64,000 nucleotides of DNA, from assembly GCA_964016885.1 (NCBI GenBank), contig OZ024741.1, forward strand, positions 67,208,001 to 67,272,000, read 5' to 3'. Below the pieces are notes generated by a model. The model was given only the letters and a program-made list of their open reading frames with translations. It did no database searches and was not told where the DNA came from. Every line of letters begins with the position of its first letter. Within the stretch, counting starts at the first letter, position 1. This document shows positions 27,880-39,420 of the stretch, one piece after another. The position numbers were made by a program, and so were the translations under genes. Source of the stretch: Eledone cirrhosa (Eukaryota).

Positions 27880-28400
27880 GCTTCATCTTGTCAGCGGGTA
27901 GCCAAGTTTACATCCCCCCATCTGCATGAAGATGATTTTTCAATCGAGTGTCTGATTTACAAGTTCTTTGACACAAGCAACCGATGTATGCAAGTTTATG
28001 TACTGGATTCATGGGATAAGGATGTGGACGTTCTTATTGATGAACCTTTATATGGCGTTTTAACCCGGTGGTTGTCTCGCATACTTTGCTATAAATTTGA
28101 CAAGTAGTCACATGTTGAGGTGCAGGGAGATTTGTATCATAATCAGTCTGTGTCATTGTCTGGTCATGCATTTTCATATGGTTCACAAAAGCGGCTTTAC
28201 AGAGAAGGACACAGTGTCAGAAATTGCAATTCCAGTAATCAATATTCTGAAGCCCTACCAACTCACCCTTAGTGTCCGTTTTAGATCCTCTTTTGCCTTG
28301 TTCATTTCATACAATAGTTGACATCCATATTTAATTGTCTTTCCTCGTGTATCACGATCAAGAGCTTTCTTTTCCCATTGCTTTATATTTAAACCGAGAC
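27880..28400 (-). mobile_element. RTE-clade LINE 3' fragment with three degenerate C2H2 zinc fingers
   Basis: Manual minus-strand translation: WEKKALDRD..., CNF*HCVLLCKAAFVNHMKMH, CQIYSKVCETTTGLKRHIKVH, CLCQRTCKSDTRLKNHLH. Confidence 0.65.
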
Positions 28401-28446
28401 CTTTTACATTTTACTAATATTTGTACATATATATATACATACACAC

Positions 28447-28506
<60 letters not shown>

Positions 28507-29083
28507 ACCATACATACATATTTATATGCATACATACTTACATAATACATGCATATATACAAGTACTCATTCATACATACAAACACACATAGATAAATAC
28601 AAACATACATGCATAATGCATACACACACTTGCATAAATACAAACATACATACGTACATACATGCATAATGCATACATACATACATAATTACACACACAC
28701 ACAGATACATACATACATACATACATACATACATACATACATACATACATACATACATACATACATACATACATGTGTAATTATGTGAGAAATTCTTTGA
28801 AGTCTCCAAGCCATGTAATTATTATTAATGTGTTTCAGTGCTGTAGTTGATTTTCCATTTCATTCATCAAGGCTCGATAAAATAAATCCCTGTCAAATAT
28901 AGCGTTCGATTAAATCGACTGTGCCTTACATTCAAATGGCATGTTGCCAATTTCAGAAATGTAATTTCTATATATTGTATATATGTATATATATATATAT
29001 ATATATTATACATACACACATATATATATATGCACATACATACATATTTATATATAGATAATATAGATATATATATATATATA

Positions 29084-29185
<102 letters not shown>

Positions 29186-29547
29186 TTATATATATATATA
29201 TTTGTGTATCTCTGTGTGTGTGTGTATATATACACTTTTTGAGAGTTCGATTCAAAATCAGCTGGATTTGAATTCAAACAAATCAATGAATGGTGTATCG
29301 CTATATATACGTCATCATCTATGTTTCTCTTTCTCTCTCTCTCTTTCGTCTCTCGCTCTCTCTCTACCATTCTCTCTCTCTTTCTCTCCCTCTACCTTTC
29401 CCTCTCTTTCTCTCCCTCTCTCTCTCTCTGTATATATATATGTGTGCGTGTGTGTCTGCGTGTATGCATGTATGTGTGTATGTGTATGCATGTATGTGTT
29501 TGTGCGCGTGTGTGTATGCATGTGTTTGTGAATGTGTGTGTGTGTGA

Positions 29548-29581
<34 letters not shown>

Positions 29582-30023
29582 ATGTGTGTGTGTGAATGTG
29601 TGTGTAAATGTGTGTGTGTGTTTGTGTGTGTTTGTTGATATGGATTTATGTTGTTTTTCAATCAGGTTCTATAGACCTGAATTTCCATGAATAACATTGA
29701 AGTACCCATACAATTTTCTTCATCAGTAATCACTAAACCAAATTCAGAAGGCGAGCGAATAGGCCTTAAATTTAAGGAATGAAAGTTACAGTCCGATTCT
29801 CTTATGTATCTAAAATCAACACACCTTAACTTGGGTGATATTTAACTTCTGGTTTTACATGAAATCATTCATGACATTACGGTCAAAATGGTAATACGAG
29901 ACGAAAATTTCCCTCCAAGCATTATGACTTCCACTATACGTATATATTCACTTTGTATTTAGAGGTCATTCATTATTTGTCTCTATTCGTCAATATATCT
30001 CACACTGTTTCTCTCTCTCCCGC

Positions 30024-30062
<39 letters not shown>

Positions 30063-30369
30063 CTCACATACACACACACACGCTCAATCTCTCTCTCTTT
30101 TGTTCTCTTTCTAACCATTTTCTATATTTCACTATTTTCCGCAAATTTCCCCCTCTCACTCTGTCTATTCCTCTCCCTCTCTCTATTTCTCTTTCACATT
30201 TTCATTCTGTTTCATCTCTTGCATTTGATTTTATCCTTCTTTATTGCTCCCCACCTCTCTCATATATTTTACCCATTCCATTCTCCCATCAACTTTTTCA
30301 GGGATATTAAATGATTAAATGACAGAAAAGTGAATAGGAATATGTACACACATTTATTTATATATATAA

Positions 30370-30422
<53 letters not shown>

Positions 30423-30594
30423 TATATATGTATGCATATATATGTTTATAAGTGTATGTTCGTGTTTGTGTGCGTGTATGTACATATATATCGACAGTCG
30501 ATCGACTTTCGTCAAATCGGACAGGGAAACAATGTCTCTGTCGGCCTTTTGAATTGCTAATGCTATCTATCGGCCGCAACTCCAGGTAGAAGGA

Positions 30595-30695
30595 GCAACG
30601 TGAAATAAAGTGTCTTGCTCAAGGACAGAACGCATCGTCTGGTCCAAGAATCGAACTCACAACCTCACGATTGCGAATCTAATTCTCTAAACACT
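30595..30695 (-). mobile_element. tRNA-derived SINE head (related to 18141 family)
   Basis: Reverse complement contains gtgagttcgattc (B box) and tccttgagcaagacacttt. Confidence 0.6.
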
Positions 30696-30764
30696 CAGAA
30701 ATTTCGTAACGTGTTGATCCTTTCTCAAACAAGAATACTGATACATTATATTAAGACATTTCAT

Positions 30765-33430
30765 CCTTACGGGGTCAATAAAATAAAGTACCAGTAATGC
30801 AATGGGTTATTGCTGGCCTTGTGCCTAAAGTAGAAACAATTATATTAAGACATTGGATATTTTTCGCCAGTTCGTGTTAAATTTCAACCATATGTATGAA
30901 TATCATTTCCTTATAAGTGCTGAGTAAGTCCTCTGCTTTAGAAGTTCATTATAATATATATACGTCCCTTAATATAATATATATACGTCCCTTACGTCCC
31001 TTTACGATCTGAGTTCAAATCCCGCCGAGGTTGACTTTGCCTTTCATCCTTACGGGGTCGATAAAATAAAGTACCAGTAATGCACTGGGTAATTGCTGGC
31101 CTTGTGCCTAAAGTAGAGACAATTATAATATATATATACAAGGGCGGTGGATTGGCAGTATCGGTAGAGGGTCGAACGCCATGCTTTGACGCATAGAGTT
31201 ACGGCCCTTGCCATTCTGAGTTCAAATCCTGCCGAGGTTAACTTTGCCTTTCATCCTTACGGGGTTGATAAAATAAAGTACCAGTAATACACTGCGTAAT
31301 TGCTGGCCTTGTGCCAAAAGTAGAAATAATTATAATATATATACATACATATATATTTGTTCCAGCTATATGCGCTTTCTGAGTTCAAATCCTACCGAAC
31401 TCAATGTTGCTTTCATCATTTCACGATCGATAAGATAATGGACAAATCCAGTACTCTGGATGTTTCTTCCTCTATATCTCCTTTTCTCTTCCTCTCTGTC
31501 ACTCTCTTTCTCTCCTTCTCTTTCTCTAGCTGCACTGGGTGGGTTCCACAAGGTTTAAAGAGCACAGGACATATATACATCACCTAATACGCAGACGTAA
31601 AACTGAAGGGAATCAAATCTTGATCAGCTAATCTTTGCTGTATAGTCAATTCTGCCTTAGACAACACGTTCTTTCCTTTTCCAATACGGATTTACCTGCT
31701 ATTTTTAGCAATTCGAGTTAATGAGCAGTTGCTCCATGTTAGTACGATTGATTGAAAAAATATGGTGGCCAAAGATGTACACTGATTGCTAATCTTAAAA
31801 TAAAAACTAGATTTGGGTGAGTTGAAGAAATGAAACAATATTTGTCTCTCAGGGTAGTGTTGTCTTTGATGTTTCTACATACGATGTGATCAAACAAATC
31901 TACCGTCTTTGACCTACCAACTTCCTTTCTTTTGACGTCTTAAATATATAACTGCTTCTACTTTAGGCACAAGGCCAGCAATTACCCAGTGCATTACTGG
32001 TACTTTATTTTATCGACCCCGTAAGGATGAAAGGCAAAGTCAACCTCGGCGGGATTTGAACTCAGATCGTAAAGGGACGTAACTATGCTGGAAAGCATGG
32101 CGTCCGACCCTCTACCGATACTGCCAATCCACGTCTTAAATATATAACGAGGTTTAGAAATAGTCTATTATGAATAACGTTATATATTTAAAATGTTTTA
32201 TTTATTTACGGAAATATGACTGCTATGTCTCCCAAAACGAGTGATTATATTGTGAGGCCTTCGTTAAGTTAGCAGATATATTATTAGGTAGGTCCAGCTG
32301 CGTCAGTATTCATAATAGGGCTGCTGTCGTAAGACTGTTGAGTCAACATTTTAAGAGCGCCAAACGTTGGCAGTATTGGTAGAGGGTCGGACGCCATGCT
32401 TTGCAGCAAAGAGTTACGGCCTTTTATGATCTGAGTTCAAATCCCGCCGAGGTTAACTTTGCCTTTCATCCCTACGGGGTCGATAAAATAAAGTACCAGT
32501 AATACACTGGGATAATTGCTGGCCTTGTGCCAAAAGTAGAAACAATTATTACAGTCCCTTTACGTTTGGAGTTTAAATCTTGCTGAGATTAACCTTGCCA
32601 TTCATCCTTACGGGGTGGATAAAATAAAGTACCAGTAAGTAATGGGGTCAATTAAGTACTGGTCGATTTAATCGACTTTATCCTTCCCTTCAAATTGCTG
32701 GCCTTGTGCCTAAAGTTGAAACAATTATTGTCGGGCCCAAAATTTTCCAGCCCCTCGTAGTAGTTGCTTAAATTGGATCAGTGATCTCTGATATCAATCA
32801 GGTGAACGCCAACCACCTGGGACCAGTTGATATACAAGAAGTTATTGTTGTTATTTATTTGCATGTAAGGCCGGATCTATTAGATCTGATATTAAAAGTG
32901 TTCCAGAAATAACTAGGCTGTGTTTGATCAAAGTGTATGAAAGACCACATTATGCAATATGCATTTATCATTTTTATAGGGATAGTTGTATATAATATTT
33001 GAAGGAAAAGTTGCAACAACACAGAAATTCCATTTTGAACCTTGAAGTCTTCCCTTTGGCTTCACCAACAGTAACTTCAACACTTTCATTACAATATTTC
33101 TAATAACGTATTTTGTGTTTTAAGTAATTAATGAAGTTTGAATGTATTTACTAAAATATTAACTTCATTTAGATGATCATTGTAACATAACGGTTTCTGA
33201 TTTAGGTCCAAATCCAACAATTTTGGGGGAGGTTGATTAATTCGACCCCAGTGCATTATTGATACTTTATTTTATTGATCCCATAGGCATGAAAGGCAAA
33301 GCTAACCTTGGCGGGATGATTTGAACTCAGAATGTAAAGGGACATAACTAAATGCCGCAAAGCATCACTGTGCTCTATATTCGAATCCCACTGAGGTCAA
33401 CTTTGCATTTCATCCCTCCGAGGACGTTGC
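30765..33430. mobile_element. Cluster of main-family SINE copies: about 30765-30842(+), 30995-31125(+), 31141-31331(+, full), 31952-32131(-), 32367-32549(+), 32555-32728(+), 33190-33365(-)
   Basis: The full copy has A box tggcagtatcggt, B box gagttcaaatcc, a central ctttcatccttacggggtcgataaa domain (resembles Meta/Sauria-type SINE cores) and an (ATT) tail. Confidence 0.92.
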
Positions 33431-33751
33431 GTAAAGTACCAGTCCAATACTGTTGTCTATTCTCCTCACATATCTCTCACTCTCTCTTTCCAACTCTGGA
33501 AGACATCGGCTATGTTACGCCCTGCAGAAGGACGTCTGTCATGACCGCGCCCCTAAGACACCATCATAGGTTAAGCGTTAGGTCCTTTAAATTTGATTTA
33601 TTTTAAAAAAATACTGGTTGTTTTGGGCGAGTTCGTAACGAAAAAATTAATGCTGAGATGGAAATTCTGTTGGTGTTAACTTGTAATAGTATTGCTATAA
33701 TGTTGAGCAAGTTAAGCAACCATATTGGTTCTATTTTCTTCTTTGCTCACA

Positions 33752-33828
<77 letters not shown>
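33752..33828 (+). repeat. (TAC)n microsatellite
   Basis: Perfect actact run. Confidence 0.98.
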
Positions 33829-34016
33829 ATATATCCTACTTATTTCAACGTATTATATTTGCTACTTCATAATCTCTCCTAAGTCTTCGTCTTCGTGTCT
33901 GAATGAGTACAAACACACAAACGTAATACAAACATACTTACACACTCCTTCATCTTTCCCACTCTCTCTTCATCTCACCCTCTTTCTCTTTGTCTTTTCT
34001 TTTCCTTCTGTGCATC

Positions 34017-34071
<55 letters not shown>

Positions 34072-34224
34072 TATATATATATATAATAAGCAAAGGGGAT
34101 ATTTAATTTGTTAGTAATTCAACAAATATATATGTTTATAACTGATTCGAAGCACACCACAGTTTTTCTGGAGTATAATATCAATTATATTAAATAAATG
34201 GAACTATATTTATAAAACCATATT

Positions 34225-34279
34225 TATTCTACTATATATATTTCAAGGGTACCAAAACTTTGGTTCATCAGATAAAATA
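34225..34279 (-). ncRNA. Type I hammerhead ribozyme, stem II partly disrupted
   Basis: Minus strand: tattttat-CTGATGA-accaa agtt ttggt accctt-GAA-ATATATAT-A-gtagaata. Stem I 8 bp with two G-U pairs; palindromic stem III. Confidence 0.65.
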
Positions 34280-34654
34280 CAAAGTTTGTTTTATAAATAT
34301 TGACATATCTAGGACAAAAAACGAAACCTGACAAAGGGCGGAAGAACTCATAAGAGTCAACTGCCATCCGAAAGTGTGTAAATATGTATATACACATGTA
34401 CTGCGCGGTTAAACCACTGGGAGTGAAGGACCCCTAGCTTTTGTCAGAGCATTCTTCTAGGAGAAGGCAACTCAGGAAACTGGGATAACTCCGATATAAA
34501 ACCTGCGGCTCAGTAGTTACAGATGATATTGTTCTTTTCTTCTTTTCGGGTTATAGCTACTGTTGCTCAGAGAGTGGGATTGGCTCAGTGCGCAGTCTTT
34601 CCTCACTTTAAAAAATATCTTCATGCACAGGCATTGCACGATAGAATTAATTAA

Positions 34655-34750
34655 TTGTTTCTACGTTAGGCAGAAGGCCAGCAATTACCCAGTGCTTTAC
34701 TGGTACTTTATTTTATCGACCTCGTAAGGATGAAAGGCAGAGTCAACCTC
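34655..34750 (-). mobile_element. Main-family SINE, 3' half
   Basis: Reverse complement of the SINE core and tail. Confidence 0.85.
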
Positions 34751-34852
34751 AATTAATAATTATTAATAAAGGTATATCGTGCAATGGCCATACTCGATAA
34801 CGAGGAGGCAGCCATCATATATTTATATACATACATACATATATATATATGT

Positions 34853-34889
<37 letters not shown>

Positions 34890-34892
<3 letters not shown>

Positions 34893-35312
34893 CGGGTAAA
34901 ATTCCCGACATCCATGGACGAGTTCTCTCCAGCGGTCTCTGTTCCTCATTATCGCTGCCATCTCCTGCGTCTCCAACAGACCAGTGTCTGTCCTCAGGGC
35001 ATCAACATACCGTAACATTGGTCTTCCCCTTCCAATGTGTCCATGTAGGGGCTCCCACAGGAGCACTGAGTGCAATGTCAACTCTGGATGTCGGTGAGCA
35101 TGTCCAGCTAACTTCAGTCTCCTCTGTGTCACTTTTGAGCTGACTTTTGGAAGGCTCCCATACAGCTCTGAGTTTTTCATCCTCAGTGTATACTGATTAA
35201 TGTTCAGAGCCATCCTCAGCATTCTCGTGTAGCACCCATCCACCATCTGAGTGAATTTCTTGGTCAGTGTTCAAGTTTCAGACCCGTACAGCAGCACAGA
35301 CTCCACTACAGC
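34890..35312 (-). mobile_element. RTE-clade LINE 3' fragment between (TA)n tracts
   Basis: VESVLLYGSET..RMLR..N.ELY..RRLKLAGH..GRP..Y.D..RDRWRELV, typical of the RTE C-terminus. Confidence 0.88.
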
Positions 35313-36075
35313 AATATATATATATATACACACACATACATATACGTACATATATACATATCATATATATATATTATTAGGTTCACACTTTGGATGAAAG
35401 AGAGAAAAGTTAATTCTTCGTCAGGAAAGTACAGGAGAACAATAGCAAACGGGGAGAATGTGAGTGTGTGCGTGCTATTATTTTTTTGTTGTTTTTTGTG
35501 GGCATCAGAGAATATATTTGTGGAATACATTGTTTTTTATGGTGTCTAATTGTATCTGGCTGTGTTAACATTGTATATGTTTGTGGCGTGTCTATGATCA
35601 ATATATAAAGATATTATTAGTAACAAATAGGTATCTGGTTCATTCCTCACCACATGATGATATCTAGTAAGCATTTTCAGTTCCACATATTAGAAAAGAG
35701 CCAGAGAAATATAGTGATTTTGTGAAAGGTAACAGTGGTGTGGTAAATACATATATATATATATAACATGTCGGAACATAATGGAACCAAACTCACACTG
35801 CCACTCCCTCCGTCTCTCCCGCTCTCCCCATCGCTAACTATTATAAGCAAATGGGGACCCACGCGTTGGCCTCCCCGCAGCCCTGGCGGACAGGATAGAG
35901 AAGGTATTTTCTCGGAGGATTGTGAGTGAGACGCACTGGGAGAGCCATTCCAGCTCGCACGGCTCACACCTATGTGTAGCCAACTCTGTGCCGATAGTGG
36001 TGAGTAGGGAGGTGATTCTAGGGTCATTGTCACCAGAAGTCTCCACCGTTCATAATATATCAGTTTATTAAAAGA

Positions 36076-36260
36076 TAATTGTTTCTACTTTAAGCACAAG
36101 GTCAGCAATTATCTCAGTGTATTACTGGTACTTTATTTTATCGACCCTGTAAGGATGAAAGGCAAAGTTAACCTCGGCGGGATTTGAACTCAGACCATAA
36201 AGGGCCGTAACTCTATGCTGCAAAGCATGGCGTCCGATCCTCTACCGATACTGCCAATCC
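36076..36260 (-). mobile_element. Main-family SINE, full length
   Basis: Complete reverse complement including the A and B boxes. Confidence 0.92.
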
Positions 36261-36628
36261 AAAGATAATGGAACTCAACTTCAAGTTTGTCTAGCTAAAG
36301 TTGAAATAAACAAAATCAGTTACATTGTCATAACGATCAAGCTACTAAATGAGAAATGTGTGTGTAATTGTGCTGATGTGTATATGTGTGTGTGTGTGTG
36401 TTTCTACGTGTTTGCATATTAATAAGTGTGTTAAAGCTTTGTTGTTGTATGTGTAACGTATTTAAGTGTGCGTGAGTGTTTCCGTGTGGTGCAGCTATAT
36501 TGCATCCGTGTCGATGTGCACGTGGATGAATGAGCGTACTGGATGCGGTGGGAAGAGCAGATTAGAGGAAGTGGAGCAGTGCATAAACGCACACATACAC
36601 ACACACACGCTCACATACACGTATATGA

Positions 36629-36691
<63 letters not shown>

Positions 36692-37595
36692 TTTGTTTTG
36701 CGAGGTTTTTGATATGAAATCGTTTGTCGAAACACATATTGTTATACTTGGGGAGGGTCATATTGTTGTAATAATATTGCCAGAAATAATAACAGAACAC
36801 ACTCACTGTTTGGTTGGTTTTCACTTCTATATATTTTATATCTCCATAGTTAATTCATCCGGCAATCAATGTTAATCAATGGCGTAGACATACAATACAA
36901 CAGGAGGAAACATAATAGTACCACTGATGATGTTGCAGATGGGCAACTAAAGCACTTTGTTAGACTATATATATATATATTTATATCTGTATTTTTGACC
37001 GTTGGTCAGTTAATGATAAACATTCATTGCCGGATAAATTAACTATGGAGATATAAAAGATACAGAAGCGAAAACTAACCAAACAGTGAGTGTGTTCTGT
37101 TATTATTTCTGGCAATATTATTACAACAATATGACCCTCCCCAAGTATAACAATATATATATATATATATACTTATATTTGTATATATATATATATATAT
37201 ATAAGAGAGTATTGAAGTTAGCTTGAAGCATTGTGGAATAATAAGGTAAATTTCTGTAAGTCGTTTGGAAGCCTCGACAATGCAGATGGGTAAATCTGCG
37301 GGCAACAGGATCCGGTGGTAGAGTGAGAGATGTAAGTGGGTGTACGTTGAGATGCGTGGTGTGTATAAGACGTGTAGAGGAATGAAGGATAGAGCGTAAA
37401 GGAAAAAAATAAAAATAACAACACGGGAGAGAGTTACCTTGGGAGAGATTTAATTGTCCCGATATATTTCGGATTCACATCCATCAACTGGGGTATTTTC
37501 CAGGGTGGGGGAAAGGTTGTCTGTCGGAAAGGTGCGAAACGTGTCCTCCGCTGTTCGTTGTTTTGAATATTCAAAAGTTGTTGGATGTGAATCCG

Positions 37596-37657
<62 letters not shown>

Positions 37658-38238
37658 ATATTTTTATATATAATATATATATATATATGTGTGTGTCAGA
37701 GTGTGTGTGTGTGCTTGTTTATGTATATATATATATATAAATATGTATATACACACTACAGAAATGAGATGTCTCCAAACATTTGCTGAATGTATCATCA
37801 GATTACAGTAAATTGATTCTACATAACCATACAATAGAATGTCTATATTAAAGGATTAAACGTTCACGCGAGAAAGAAACAATCCGCAGCAACATTCGGA
37901 AATCACTGTAATCTATATGTAAGTATGTTGTTGGGCTTCTGTCGGTCCTGACAATTAGTATTCCAGTTTTTTTTATCAATAGAACAGACTGCTCAATAGA
38001 CTAATAGGCGAATGTCTACGTCAATGTTTCACAATCGGTGTACCCAGGAACCCTAGGCTTCCGCAAGAGGTCGCTAGGGGTTCCACGAGAAACAGTGATA
38101 AATAAACTAATGTATTTTTGAGTAATTTTGTTTAATTTTGTATTCGTAATTTTACTGTACACGCACGGCATATTGTTAGAAAATCCTTGGTTATTATAAT
38201 AAAAACTTCAACCTCTTATATCATTTAAAATGCGGTCG

Positions 38239-38319
<81 letters not shown>

Positions 38320-39003
38320 CGTGTGTGTGTGTGTGCGTGTGCGTGTGTGTGTGTGTGTACATCGTTTGAAATATGAACACATAATATGTAAATAGGTATA
38401 AACATTGATAAAGATTTTTATAAGTTTCTATAGGTTTCCGTGGACAAGTTGTCATTCTCTACAAATATTGTTGACAAGTTCATGTGGATATTTCTATGAA
38501 TAGTTCTCATGAAGGAGACTGTGTGTGGGGGACCTACGAATGTGCACATATGTGGAAACTAGTCAATCTGCAATAAAATAGCTTTAACTCAGTATTGGAA
38601 TGGTCCTCCATCAGTTTCGACGACGGGCTTTAGAGTTGTTCGTTCGACGAAATTGTATTGAAATTAGCGTTCAGGTTACGTAAGGGACAGAGAGATTCAG
38701 CGTGACAAATTGTGTGGCAAGATTGGCCCCTTGAAGCATAAACTTGTCAAAATAAATATAAATACGACCGAGATACGACGTCATAATACTATGATCAATC
38801 CGAAACCTCATACTGTACGGTCACGTAATCAGTCAGAAATAAATAACGGACAGGCGGAGGTTGGCGAATCGAATTTATCCCAATTAAATATAGTAACAGT
38901 AATATGTTCACGTGATATAAACATCTGATGGAAACTTATAAATATGAGACTTTTGGTGTAGGTATATTGTCACCAATTTAGCGGAGAAGTATTTTTTAGA
39001 AGT

Positions 39004-39420
39004 TGTAATGTCGCCACGAGGAACCAGGTTTGGTAGAAAGATATGATAGGAATATCGACAATGACTTTAGCTTGGTTTTACATTATTTATTAACAGAGGT
39101 TGAGCTGGCATGCCAAGAGAAATAAAACAAATCAATTAAGATTACAAGAGAAAATACGGTCGACTGGCTGAGGCGTTTAGCCAATTCCGTAGTAAAATTG
39201 TTGTGTCGTTACATATTGTTTGTGCTGGCGGAGCAAAAGAACAAGTGGTGATTACCTTAGCACGGTCTAGCTGGAAGTGATAGCGTCCTCAAATCTTTGC
39301 GGGCTATTTCTCCCTCAGAACGCGTAGGGATACATCCTCTTCTACTGGCGCTGATTGGCTGAGCTGAGCCAAATCACGCACAGAGAATGTATGTGAGCCT
39401 GCGGAATGTAGGTCACTACA
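39004..39420 (-). mobile_element. Putative solo LTR (TGTAGTG...CATTACA); partial copies at 40525-40820 (+) and 40815-41019 (-)
   Basis: TG..CA termini with a 7-bp imperfect inverted repeat and minus-strand AATAAA near 39085. The copy at 40525 is preceded by purine-rich ggaggtga. No clear TSD. Confidence 0.55.

Noticed and set aside
31141-31230. tRNA-like A/B boxes
   Set aside because: SINE heads without a cloverleaf, not tRNA genes.
30765-33430. Recurrent about 40-bp conserved motif resembling a CRISPR-like array
   Set aside because: Irregular spacing and both orientations; it is the core of dispersed SINE copies in a eukaryotic genome.
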